Shown: positions 47,805-57,427 of the stretch, piece after piece
How positions within the stretch are numbered: position 1 is the stretch's first letter
Layout: every line of letters starts with the position of its first letter
From: a virus
Lineage: Duplodnaviria; Caudoviricetes
Length of the DNA: 64,000 nucleotides
Virus record (IMG/VR): IMGVR_UViG_3300042257_000094
Location: 1-64,000 of that record
Direction: 5' to 3' (one strand)
Translations under genes and position numbers: made by a program
The notes under the pieces: model-generated
What the model saw: the letters and a program-made list of their open reading frames with translations, nothing else
Databases searched by the model: none
Told to the model about the DNA's origin: nothing

Positions 47805-48248
47805 ATGGCATCGACTATTGCAGATATATCCACGAATGTTCAAATTGAATTAGGTGAAATTAAAGATAGCCTAACTCAGGAAGAAATAACTAGAGCTATA
47901 AACAAGGCTATTATAGAATTAGGATATTCCTTCCCTGTTGCGGGACTAAAAGAGTATTGGCTTATCAATCGGTCTAAAAGGCATTGTGTCGAGATTCTTC
48001 TTTTAGGGGAATCGGAGAATTTTCAGTTTAATAAATTACATCTTCAACAAGCCTTTGAACACCTTAAATCACTTATTACTTATTACGATAAGGAGTTCTT
48101 ACAGGCACAGGAAGCTCAGCCGGAACTATTTCCTAACCTCACTGCTGATCTTCCCAACCCCGCAGATATGTTTGGTGTATATATAGGAAATGGATTTGTA
48201 TATTCTCCTACTGGAAAGGATATTACGTATTTGGAAGAGGATAATTAA
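47805..48248 (+). CDS. probable head-tail adaptor
   Basis: position and helical character. Confidence 0.55.
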   Translation: MASTIADISTNVQIELGEIKDSLTQEEITRAINKAIIELGYSFPVAGLKEYWLINRSKRHCVEILLLGESENFQFNKLHLQQAFEHLKSLITYYDKEFLQAQEAQPELFPNLTADLPNPADMFGVYIGNGFVYSPTGKDITYLEEDN

Positions 48249-48250
48249 CA

Positions 48251-48877
48251 ATGTCTCATATTGGTGAAAAAGTAAAGAAAGCGTATCAAGATAATGGGAC
48301 TGCTATTACCCCTATTAAGGGTGCTTCTCTTACTGAATACCCAACCGAATATATACTTACAGAACTTAGTAACCAAGCAACAAAAGTATTTATTCAGGAG
48401 TATTACCTGAAAGCCTTTGTTCCTTATGATTCTGTTCTTAAAGATGGGGATTATCTTAGGACGAATTACAACAACGATACTTATCTTGTTATGAACCTTA
48501 ATAATGAGGTTTTCAGAAATAAAGTAATCCAGCAACAGGGAACTCTTTATAAAAACAATACAACTGCTAGGATATATAGGTCGCAGAAAGTTCTAAACCC
48601 AAGTACCTACCTTGAAGAGTTGGTGTGGAATGATATTTATCAGATAGATATTCCGTGTACTGTCACTAATACTAGGTTTGGTTCTGAGGTTTCTGATTAT
48701 AATAACATTGGTGAAGTTCTTCTTGATGCCCTCCTTGTTTATATTTCTAGACACTATGACATAAGAGAATTTGATAGAATTACTTTTGGTTCAGGTGAAA
48801 CTTTGATGGTAGATAACGTAGATAAGTATAATTTCGGATATGCTTATGAACTTAAAATGGCCGAGGATAATAGGTAA
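48251..48877 (+). CDS. probable head-closure/neck protein
   Basis: position; beta-rich. Confidence 0.5.
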   Translation: MSHIGEKVKKAYQDNGTAITPIKGASLTEYPTEYILTELSNQATKVFIQEYYLKAFVPYDSVLKDGDYLRTNYNNDTYLVMNLNNEVFRNKVIQQQGTLYKNNTTARIYRSQKVLNPSTYLEELVWNDIYQIDIPCTVTNTRFGSEVSDYNNIGEVLLDALLVYISRHYDIREFDRITFGSGETLMVDNVDKYNFGYAYELKMAEDNR

Positions 48878-48887
48878 CAGAATAGAA

Positions 48888-49280
48888 ATGAGTCTCACAA
48901 TTTATGTAATTGATCGTGGCGGGGATAAGGAAAAAACATTTAAGAGCATTGAAGGGCTTGGTGCAACAGTAATTGAAAAGCCTTCCAATGTTTCTGTATC
49001 TGGATTGAATAATTGTGATACTGATTGGTACATGATTATTTTTACCGACGAGCACCTTCAGGATATTCTTGTTAAAGCTATTCCTGAGTTTATGCAGTCT
49101 GGATACGATTATTTTAGATTTTATCGTATTATGGATAATGGTGAGAAGTCCAGATATTTTGTTAACCCCCGCTTGTTCAGGAAAGAAGTAATTCTAAATC
49201 GACACGGTGAACCTAGTTCTGAATACATCGGAATTGATATTTTGGATGGTTACATAGAACACCATGACAATATCTATTAA
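48888..49280 (+). CDS. small glycosyltransferase-2-like protein (degenerate)
   Basis: DWYMIIFTDEHL resembles DWILxLDADE; PRLFRK. Confidence 0.45.
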   Translation: MSLTIYVIDRGGDKEKTFKSIEGLGATVIEKPSNVSVSGLNNCDTDWYMIIFTDEHLQDILVKAIPEFMQSGYDYFRFYRIMDNGEKSRYFVNPRLFRKEVILNRHGEPSSEYIGIDILDGYIEHHDNIY

Positions 49281-49827
49281 GATAAATCCCTCTTTTTATA
49301 GAGAAGTCAGAGACATTGCAAATAGAACGCAACGTCTTAGAAAAGAAGCGGAGTCCAAAGTAGGGGCTAGGGGGGATATAATTCGCGCTCTTTCACACGG
49401 ATATTTTACGATGGTACGCGATAATCTTCTATCTGGTAAATACCCTAAGAGTACAAAGTCATATAACAAAGACTATCTTAATTGGAAGATACGCAACTAC
49501 GGACATGCAGAGCCATGGTTTCTTGCCGGAGATTTATTTAGAAACATCCAGATATATGAAAAAGATGGTGGAAGGGCGGTAGGTATTCCAAAAGGGAAGA
49601 AAGTTGGGGGAAAGAGTTGGTTGTATGAAAAAGATGATCAATCTAAAGGATACAACGCCAAAGACATTTCCTATTATGCTTATTTGAATGAGTATGGTTC
49701 TCCAAGTGGAAAAATACCCGCTAGACCTGTTTTCACACCAACTCTTGCTGATTTTGTTCGAACCGAAGTGGATGATATTTTGAAAAAATCTTCACAAAGA
49801 ATGTTTAAGAGATGGGAAATTAGATAA
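49264..49827 (+). CDS. HK97 gp10-like tail completion protein
   Basis: GDLFRNI..YAYLNEYG..IPARPVF. Confidence 0.7.
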   Translation: MTISIKINPSFYREVRDIANRTQRLRKEAESKVGARGDIIRALSHGYFTMVRDNLLSGKYPKSTKSYNKDYLNWKIRNYGHAEPWFLAGDLFRNIQIYEKDGGRAVGIPKGKKVGGKSWLYEKDDQSKGYNAKDISYYAYLNEYGSPSGKIPARPVFTPTLADFVRTEVDDILKKSSQRMFKRWEIR

Positions 49828-50022
49828 ATGCGTGTATTTGATATTAGACCTTTAGATGTAGAAATTACAACTATTTTTACTCTTTCCGAACTACAGCACT
49901 TGAAAATGATTCTCAATGGTGCTATAATTCGCAAGGATATGTACGAGGAAGAAACAGTTAGAGTATATGAAAATTTTTTAGAATTAATAGAAAGTCTTAC
50001 TAAAGAAAGTGAAGAAAACTAA
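49828..50022 (+). CDS. hypothetical protein
   Basis: operon packing. Confidence 0.55.
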   Translation: MRVFDIRPLDVEITTIFTLSELQHLKMILNGAIIRKDMYEEETVRVYENFLELIESLTKESEEN

Positions 50023-50495
50023 TGCCTTTACCAGATATAAGTAAAGAAATAAATTTTAAGTTATCTGTTCGTAAGTTTTTTTACGAAATAGCCAACTCTT
50101 TCTCTCCTTCCCTTCCCCTTCTATTCGACACGGGGCTTCAGGTTCCAGTAGATTCGGAGTCTGAAGCCCCAAAATGGCTAACTGTTGAATTTGGAACGTT
50201 TATCGCCGGGTCGGTGAATGAAGCTTTGGTGGATGTTTATTGTTGTGCGAGAAAAGATGTTGGCTCAGATGTAGTTACAGAACTTAGGGATATTGTTGTT
50301 GGGAATTTTACTGATTCAACACAGTCCGATTCCACAAGACGTATTCCTATTTATGTAAATTTAAATACAAGTGAAGAAGAAATTATTGGATGGATGATTG
50401 CTGACATTGCGTACCAAAGTCCGTATATGAAGGCAACTGATGGAACTAAGTATAAACTTGTAACGATCAATTTAAAGTGGGGCGGTCAATATTAG
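50022..50495 (+). CDS. probable tail terminator
   Basis: immediately before the major tail protein; size. Confidence 0.55.
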   Translation: MPLPDISKEINFKLSVRKFFYEIANSFSPSLPLLFDTGLQVPVDSESEAPKWLTVEFGTFIAGSVNEALVDVYCCARKDVGSDVVTELRDIVVGNFTDSTQSDSTRRIPIYVNLNTSEEEIIGWMIADIAYQSPYMKATDGTKYKLVTINLKWGGQY

Positions 50496-50519
50496 GCCGC
50501 ACTAAATAAGGAGGCTTTT

Positions 50520-51416
50520 ATGCCCGGACCAAGAACCCAAAATCCACAGTCTCTTGCTATCGGCTTGATGGAGGTTAGGGTCGGACCTAGTGCTGCCAAT
50601 ATTAGCACTACTACTCCTGTACTGACCACCTCTCAGTCTCTTGGTGCGCTTTCTAGTGCATCTTATACTTTTAACCGCGAATATTATGAACACTGGTCCG
50701 ATTTCCCGATGATTAAGGACTATGTTATCCCTACTCAGGAAACCCAACAGATTACCTGTGAGTTTGAAGAGATGACTCCGCGGAATCTAGCTATCCTTCA
50801 GGGTATTGATCCCTCTTCCGCAGGTTCTTCTTGGACAGGTGAGGGTTACACCGTAGTATCTTCCGATTCCGGTACTTATAACACTTCTGACGAAATCGAT
50901 GGTGGCGCAGATGCAGAAGCAGATACCTATCGTGTTATTTTCCTCACTGCGACTACTTATTCTGTTTATTCCGATAAACGCGGTAAATTGACAGGTGACC
51001 AGATGGGTGAAGGTGATACTACCGCAACTTCTGTGTTTACTGATGGCACTACCGAACTTCTAAGCATCCCCTCTGGTTTCTTTACTGGAACGTGGGCTGC
51101 TGATGATGTGTTCACCTTCTACATGGCTAAAAAAGGCTACGACTCGGTTTCCTCTGGTGAAATTAAGATTGGTGACCTCAAAGCTCCTGATTATCTGCGT
51201 GTTGAAGGATATTATGTATTCCCCAACGCTACGAATACGATGACAGTAATCTTCCCTCGCGCTCAGGCCCGTACTGATAACGGTGAAATTGCCTTTGCTG
51301 CGGACACTAATGCTGCGGTCAGTATTACTTTCGAAGCAACTCCCGCCGATTCCACTATGTCCGGCGGTAACGCGGCGTGGGATTCTATGCCTCTTGGTCG
51401 AGTTGTGTTTGCGTAA
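50520..51416 (+). CDS. major tail (tube) protein
   Basis: strong codon bias, T/S/G/D-rich, followed by terminator and TAC. Confidence 0.8.
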   Translation: MPGPRTQNPQSLAIGLMEVRVGPSAANISTTTPVLTTSQSLGALSSASYTFNREYYEHWSDFPMIKDYVIPTQETQQITCEFEEMTPRNLAILQGIDPSSAGSSWTGEGYTVVSSDSGTYNTSDEIDGGADAEADTYRVIFLTATTYSVYSDKRGKLTGDQMGEGDTTATSVFTDGTTELLSIPSGFFTGTWAADDVFTFYMAKKGYDSVSSGEIKIGDLKAPDYLRVEGYYVFPNATNTMTVIFPRAQARTDNGEIAFAADTNAAVSITFEATPADSTMSGGNAAWDSMPLGRVVFA

Positions 51417-51434
51417 TAATAAAACTATATATAA

Positions 51435-51462
51435 AGGAGGGGGAGGCAACTCCCCTCCTATT
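51435..51462 (+). terminator. terminator hairpin after the tail tube gene
   Basis: AGGAGGGGGA-GGCAAC-TCCCCTCCT. Confidence 0.7.
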
Positions 51463-51482
51463 TAAAAGGAGAAATTAAACTA

Positions 51483-52180
51483 ATGTCTGAACTGATTGTC
51501 GAAACTAGGAAAGTTAAAGTAGGGATTAAGAAGGTAGAAGAGTTTGAAATTTATCCTCTTTCTTTTGGGCAGCAACGAAAGTTTGCCACAAAGATTGGGG
51601 AAATGATTTCTGAGTTTGCGGAAAAATCCGAAGACGCAGAAATATCCACTGTAGATATGGTAAATATGATCATGCAACTAATTGAAGATAATATTGTTGA
51701 GATTGTCAAAATGGTTGCTGATTATGAAATTGACCTTGATAACATCACTAACGACCAAGTAGTGGATATTGCCAACCATATTTATGAGATGAATTATAGT
51801 GGTGCGCTAAAAAACATGATGAGCCTCAAGAAAAAGGTCGTAAGTCTCTGGACATAGATGAAGTCCTGACTGCAATTCTTGAGGCATACCCACAGATAAC
51901 AATAAACAATCTGGTGCACGATCCTTGTTATAAAAGCGGGTTGACATTAAAACAGATAAACACGTTATTTGAGAAGTTTGTAATAAGAGAGCATAATAAA
52001 TATAGAATTTTAGGAAGTTTCCACGGCGTTAAAGTTCCATCTATCAGGGAAATGGAAAAACCTGAAGATAGATATAAGGACATGACTGAAGAAGAAAAAC
52101 AGTTGGAAACGGAACGGCAGATGAAACAGTTTGCGAAGGCGTTCGGCGGAAGTTCTTTAGAAGAAATGAAACCAACTTAA
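51483..52180 (+). CDS. tail assembly chaperone G (51483..51857) and GT via -1 frameshift
   Basis: slippery A AAA AAC at 51809-51815; the -1 frame stays open into the 51914..52180 ORF. Confidence 0.85.
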
Positions 52181-52291
52181 ACGTATCGAACACCCTTTAC
52201 GGAGATACGACCTTTATATAAATAAAAGATAAAAGATACCAATTTCATATTTACGGGATTGGTATCTTTTATTATTAGAGCGAGATTTAAC

Positions 52292-55200
52292 ATGAGTCAA
52301 TATAAGAATGAATTATTTGTGAAGTTTGGCGGGAAAGTCGATGGTTCTTTCAAAAAGGCCGTCAATGAGGTTTCCGCTTCTTTGCGTGGCATTGCCGGAA
52401 AAGGCGGTGGAGGCGGAACATCTCCCGAAGCCGCTTTAGGCGGTATTAGCAAGCAAGCTAAATCTGCCGGAAGAAATATGGGTTTCCTTAGCGGTGCTAC
52501 TAAATCTGTTGCAGGGGCTTTTTCTACTATTGCTAGGTTTTCTGTTGCGGGAGGTGTTTTTGCGGGAATCACCGGTGGAATTGTTGGTGCATTTAATTCT
52601 ATTGTTGAATTTGACCAATCTCTAAAAAATCTCCAGGCAATCACTCAGGCGTCTAATCAAGAAGTTGATGCTTTTGGCAGAAAAATGGTTGAGGTATCTA
52701 ACATGACCAAGTTTTCTGCTAACGAAGTGGCTGCTGCAATGGTATATCTTGGTCAGGCGGGTTTTACAGCAACTGAAACTCTTGAGACGATTGATGCGGT
52801 TGCTTCTGTTGCCACAGGTACTCTTACAGATTTTGCATTAACTGCTGATTTATTTACCTCTGCTATTCGTGCTTTTCAGTTAGATACATCCGAATCCGCT
52901 AGAGTGGCAGATATTTTTGCATCCGCAGTTAACCGTTCTAAGTTAACTATTCAGGGTATGCGTACTATTTTCAACTATGTGGGTGCGTCTGCCAGTCAAG
53001 CGGGGGTTGCTCTAGATGAGGCCGCTGCGGCGGCTGGGTTGCTTGCCAATAACGGTATGCGTTTTAGTACAGTTGGCACATCTATGCGTAACGTGCTTTC
53101 TAGAATGATTGCACCTTCCAATAAGATGCGAACCGAATTAGCATACATCGGATTATCTGCGGACGATGTGAACCCTAGGATTGTAGGTTTCCAGAAAGCG
53201 ATGCAGAATTTATCCAAAATTATTGTAGATCAGAAGACGGGTTTAGCAGATGCCGGGAAAGCATATAAACTATTCGGGTTACGTGGACAGCAAGCAGCGA
53301 ACGTATTTGTGCGTACGTTTACTTCTGGACAGTATGAACAAATGCTTGAGAATATTAATAATGTTGGTGCAGCTTTTAGGATGCAACTTAAACAGCAGGA
53401 AGGGTTAGGTGTAAGTTTAAAAAACCTTTGGGACAGAATTAAGAACGTTGGTGTTGCGTTGGGCGATTTGGGATTAACAGCAGTTATTCGTGGTACGATT
53501 GACGTATTATCTGACGCTGTAAAAAAAGTTCAAACGTTTATTAGGTCTATAATTAAGTTAGTTGATTGGATAGATATTGCTAAGGGGAATGTTGAAACTC
53601 AAACACAGGCTATAGCGGAGAATGGGGAGGAACTTCGTAACTTAGCAGTTGGATTAGAAAAGTATATTAAGGCGTATAAAAATCTACAGCAGGAGGGAGT
53701 AGATACGTGGGAGGCTCAAAAAGAGATTCAGCATTTGAATGAGAATTTGAGTGATTCGTTTGAGGATGCCGCCGACGTTGTAGAAAAGTATGGAAATAAT
53801 TTATCGGAATTGATTCCTAGGTTAATTCAACTAAAAAATGAGTCAGAAGTTAAAGCAACTCGCACTTTTGTAGAGGGGTTATCTCAAAATAGAGAAGATA
53901 TTATAAAAACTAGGAAAGAATTGTCGGGATTAGCTTCGGATATAAAAAGTTTAAAATATAGCATCCAACATGAACAAAATCCCCGGCTTTTGGGGTATAT
54001 GCAACATGAGTTAGAACTGCTGGAAAAGCGTGTTCCTGTTGTAGAAAAAAGATTAAAAGATTTATTGTTACAGAAAGATATTTTTATTTCTGAAATTGCA
54101 CGTGCGGGGGAGGGCGTGGTAGATCGTCGCCTCTCTAAGTTTTCTGAGGATGTTGATCGGGAGGTGTTAACTCCGTGGGAAACTACGCTAAGTCAGTTAG
54201 GGGAGGCGTGGCAGTCCGCATTTGATTCTTTGTGGAAAAAAGGAAATATTACCCAATTGGAAAAGTTTTTTGACGCCGCCAAGCAGGCCATAGTGTCTGC
54301 GGAATCCGCTCGTGAAACTATTGCTAGTATGGGGGGCGGACCTACTGAGATGGATAGGGCGGCTCTTGCTAAAACAAAAGAGGAGTTAGATTCTTTTTGG
54401 GAAAGTATATACGAGGATCAGAGACGGTCGGCAGAAAAATCTTTTCAAAGGATCGCCGCCGCGTATGATGCAACATTAAAGGCACAACTCTCCCAAGTAG
54501 AAAAAATAGAATCTGAAAAAGAGCATCTTATGCGGCGAGGGGGGGCGACTGAATTAAATATACTTCGTTCTAAGCGTCAATATTTAGATAAAGAATATTT
54601 AATATACGTAGAATATTATGATCAAATTATTCAATTAGCGGAAGAAACTGCTCAAGCACGGGGGGATGCTGAGAATGCGGTCGTGGAAAAGTATTTAGCA
54701 GAACGAGAAAAAAAAGAATCTGAGTATAATATACAAATTCTTAATTTAGAGAACGATATTTTTAAGGAGAGGATGCGTAATCCTGAAAATTTTGCGGATG
54801 CGTGGGAAAGTGCGATGCGGAAGTTAGAAAGTTCCACGGAAAGTTCTTTTTCCAAAGTTAGGGATTGGATAGTGGACGCTGTGGAAGAGTTCGCTGATTC
54901 TTCGGCAGATGCTTTTCTTGATTTTGTAGAAGGTACTAAGTCTGCCGCCGATGCTTTTAGTGATATGGCGTATTCCATTCTTAGAGATTTAACTAAGATG
55001 ATTATTAAGCAACAAATTATGAATGCGGTTATGTCTGGAATGAAAGCTATGGGCAATTCTGGAGGATTCCTTGGTACTGTCGGCTCGTTCTTCACAGAGT
55101 CTATGGGGATGAACCATAGTGGGGGCATGGCCGGTAAAGCGTCTTCTATTAAAAAGCAGATAGACCCCTCTTCTTTTATAAACGCCCCTAAGTTTCATAA

Positions 55201-55441
55201 TGGTGGAGAGGTTCCGGCTATTCTTGAAAGAGGCGAAGAAGTGAAAACCCGTGAACAGGCTGCACAGGATAGGGAGCCTAAGCAAACCAATGTTATTATT
55301 GAGAATAAGACAGGGAACCCAATTGGTTCAGCAAGAGCCACTACCCAAATAAATATGGGCGAGGAGGTAATTCGTATTGTTCTTGATGGCATTGATAGAA
55401 ATAGAAGCGGACTCAGAAAGAAAATTGCTACCGTTAGATAA
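52292..55441 (+). CDS. tail tape measure protein (TP901-type core)
   Basis: TKFSANEVAAAM..LGQAGF, ADIFASAVNRS, AAGLLANNG; follows TAC. Confidence 0.92.
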   Translation: MSQYKNELFVKFGGKVDGSFKKAVNEVSASLRGIAGKGGGGGTSPEAALGGISKQAKSAGRNMGFLSGATKSVAGAFSTIARFSVAGGVFAGITGGIVGAFNSIVEFDQSLKNLQAITQASNQEVDAFGRKMVEVSNMTKFSANEVAAAMVYLGQAGFTATETLETIDAVASVATGTLTDFALTADLFTSAIRAFQLDTSESARVADIFASAVNRSKLTIQGMRTIFNYVGASASQAGVALDEAAAAAGLLANNGMRFSTVGTSMRNVLSRMIAPSNKMRTELAYIGLSADDVNPRIVGFQKAMQNLSKIIVDQKTGLADAGKAYKLFGLRGQQAANVFVRTFTSGQYEQMLENINNVGAAFRMQLKQQEGLGVSLKNLWDRIKNVGVALGDLGLTAVIRGTIDVLSDAVKKVQTFIRSIIKLVDWIDIAKGNVETQTQAIAENGEELRNLAVGLEKYIKAYKNLQQEGVDTWEAQKEIQHLNENLSDSFEDAADVVEKYGNNLSELIPRLIQLKNESEVKATRTFVEGLSQNREDIIKTRKELSGLASDIKSLKYSIQHEQNPRLLGYMQHELELLEKRVPVVEKRLKDLLLQKDIFISEIARAGEGVVDRRLSKFSEDVDREVLTPWETTLSQLGEAWQSAFDSLWKKGNITQLEKFFDAAKQAIVSAESARETIASMGGGPTEMDRAALAKTKEELDSFWESIYEDQRRSAEKSFQRIAAAYDATLKAQLSQVEKIESEKEHLMRRGGATELNILRSKRQYLDKEYLIYVEYYDQIIQLAEETAQARGDAENAVVEKYLAEREKKESEYNIQILNLENDIFKERMRNPENFADAWESAMRKLESSTESSFSKVRDWIVDAVEEFADSSADAFLDFVEGTKSAADAFSDMAYSILRDLTKMIIKQQIMNAVMSGMKAMGNSGGFLGTVGSFFTESMGMNHSGGMAGKASSIKKQIDPSSFINAPKFHNGGEVPAILERGEEVKTREQAAQDREPKQTNVIIENKTGNPIGSARATTQINMGEEVIRIVLDGIDRNRSGLRKKIATVR

Positions 55442-55453
55442 AAAGGAACATAT

Positions 55454-56005
55454 ATGTCATATAGACTTAAAGACGCAACAAACATAACGTTAGGTCCAGC
55501 AGAAGTATTAATTGCTGACAGTGCTACATATATTAACGACATATCACCTGTATTAACACAGGACAATTACTTTGCATACAGCGAGTCCACCAATATTGTA
55601 TATACGACCACTTATAATGAAAGAATGGCGGTTGATAGTAATAACCTAATGGAAGATATGGTATCAGACAGAGCTTCCTGTACAATGGAAATGAATACAG
55701 TTGAGTTAAGTAGGGATGTTTTACTTCTACTGTCAAGCATTATGCCGTCTGTATCAGATACAAGTATTGCATTAAATAAAGTTACAGATGTTGATTTCAG
55801 AGTTGAAATAAATTATAATTATGTAGATAGACAAAAACAACTTCAGTTTGTTTTTCCTAAAGTTAGAATACGGAGCGGTTTAAATTTAGTATTAACAGGG
55901 GATGCAGAGGTCGCACAATCATTATATATGTATTCCCTCCCGGTATATGCCTCTCCGTGGGAAAACCATAATTTAGGTATTATGTATATGAACGGATTTC
56001 AATAG
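55454..56005 (+). CDS. tail-tube-like minor protein (paralog of the major tail protein)
   Basis: NITLGPAEVLI resembles SLAIGLMEVRV; FRVE..QFVFPK resembles LRVE..TVIFPR. Confidence 0.6.
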   Translation: MSYRLKDATNITLGPAEVLIADSATYINDISPVLTQDNYFAYSESTNIVYTTTYNERMAVDSNNLMEDMVSDRASCTMEMNTVELSRDVLLLLSSIMPSVSDTSIALNKVTDVDFRVEINYNYVDRQKQLQFVFPKVRIRSGLNLVLTGDAEVAQSLYMYSLPVYASPWENHNLGIMYMNGFQ

Positions 56006-56020
56006 AGGATAAAAATAGAG

Positions 56021-56356
56021 ATGAATACTTTTCCAACAAATATCCCTAAGCCTGTTTCTATAACAGAATCGTTTAATAAGAAACAACACAGAACCCCGTT
56101 TGAGGATGGTAGTGTCCAATCTAGGACCGCGCACACACGAGGCAGGGGTAAATGGGACTTGAGTTATGAAGTATTGAGTGTACCTGAGGTATATATTTTG
56201 AGAGATTTCTTTTATGCGAATCAAGGGGCGTTGTTTTATTGGACACACCCCGTAACAGGCACCCGATATGAGGCAAGATTCTCTAAGGATGAGTTTACTG
56301 CTGATATCATGTCTCCTACAAACTGTTCATTAACCTTACAGATAGAAGAGTCTTAA
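56021..56356 (+). CDS. distal tail protein (lambda gpM-like)
   Basis: FEDGSVQ..WDLSY..FYWTHP. Confidence 0.75.
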   Translation: MNTFPTNIPKPVSITESFNKKQHRTPFEDGSVQSRTAHTRGRGKWDLSYEVLSVPEVYILRDFFYANQGALFYWTHPVTGTRYEARFSKDEFTADIMSPTNCSLTLQIEES

Positions 56357-56358
56357 TA

Positions 56359-56994
56359 ATGGCAACTATTTTATCGTCTGAAGTTATTGCACAAAAGAAT
56401 GCTCTCGGTTCGGATGAGGCGTTTCTAGTATGTTTGGAAATAACCATTCCTGAAGTAACTGAACCTATTCGCCTCGTTTCCAATACAGAAAATATCAATT
56501 GGAGAGGGCATGAATGGGTTGCCTTTGCTTTTATATTAGAAGAAATATCTGAGCAAACAGAAGGCGAAATTCCTAGTGTTGAATTACGCGTACCCAATGT
56601 GGATAGAATTATTGAAGGGTATATTCAAGAGTATGATAAGTATGTAAAGGAAAATGGTCCAGCAGATATTACGGTAGGAATATACGTAGTATCAACAGCG
56701 ACTTTAGATAGTCCTGATTATGTAGCATACCACGAGTTCATTCTTATCCATCCAGTTTCGGATTCTAAATATGTTACGTTTACACTAGGTGCGCCAAATC
56801 CATATAGGCGTAGGTTCCCTTTGAACAGGATATTGAAAAATAGTTGTCGATTCAAATTCAAAGGGGAGCGTTGTGGTTATACAGGAACAGAAACATCATG
56901 TAATAAATCCTTAACTAGATGCCGGGAACTTAATAATTCTACTCGTTATGGCGGGTTCCCCGGTGCTGGCAGAGGGGGGCTTTCCCTTGTCTAA
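56359..56994 (+). CDS. minor tail protein (lambda gpL-like)
   Basis: CRFKFKGERCGY..CNKSLTRC..YGGFP. Confidence 0.85.
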   Translation: MATILSSEVIAQKNALGSDEAFLVCLEITIPEVTEPIRLVSNTENINWRGHEWVAFAFILEEISEQTEGEIPSVELRVPNVDRIIEGYIQEYDKYVKENGPADITVGIYVVSTATLDSPDYVAYHEFILIHPVSDSKYVTFTLGAPNPYRRRFPLNRILKNSCRFKFKGERCGYTGTETSCNKSLTRCRELNNSTRYGGFPGAGRGGLSLV

Positions 56995-57427
56995 AAAATC
57001 TATCGCAAAAGTTGTAAGTGAAGCAATGAGAACCCCTTTCGTTAGTTTGGGCAGAGAAGTTGGAAAAGGGTTAGATTGTTGGGGGCTTGTACATCATATA
57101 TCTAAAGAATCTTTTGATATGGATGTCCCGGATTTTAAGGTAGATGCACTTGATAAAAATAAAATATTTTTTCAGTTTCTACAGGCGATAGAAGAAGAAT
57201 ATTACGAAGTAGATAGAAAAGATGTACAGCCGGGGGATGTGGTTGCTCTTAATATGGTAATATCTCAACCGGATTTAGTGCAACATTTCGGTATAATGAT
57301 AGACGATAAAAAATTTGTACATACCTTACAGAAATCTGGTCCACACTTAACCAAACTTACTGATATTGGGTATAAAAACAGAATACGTGGATTTTATAGA
57401 TGGAAAGGAAAGAATAGTGATGACTAA
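56987..57427 (+). CDS. tail assembly NlpC/P60 protein (gpK-like)
   Basis: GR..GLDCWGLV..QPGDV..HFGI..FVH. Confidence 0.85.
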   Translation: MSKKSIAKVVSEAMRTPFVSLGREVGKGLDCWGLVHHISKESFDMDVPDFKVDALDKNKIFFQFLQAIEEEYYEVDRKDVQPGDVVALNMVISQPDLVQHFGIMIDDKKFVHTLQKSGPHLTKLTDIGYKNRIRGFYRWKGKNSDD

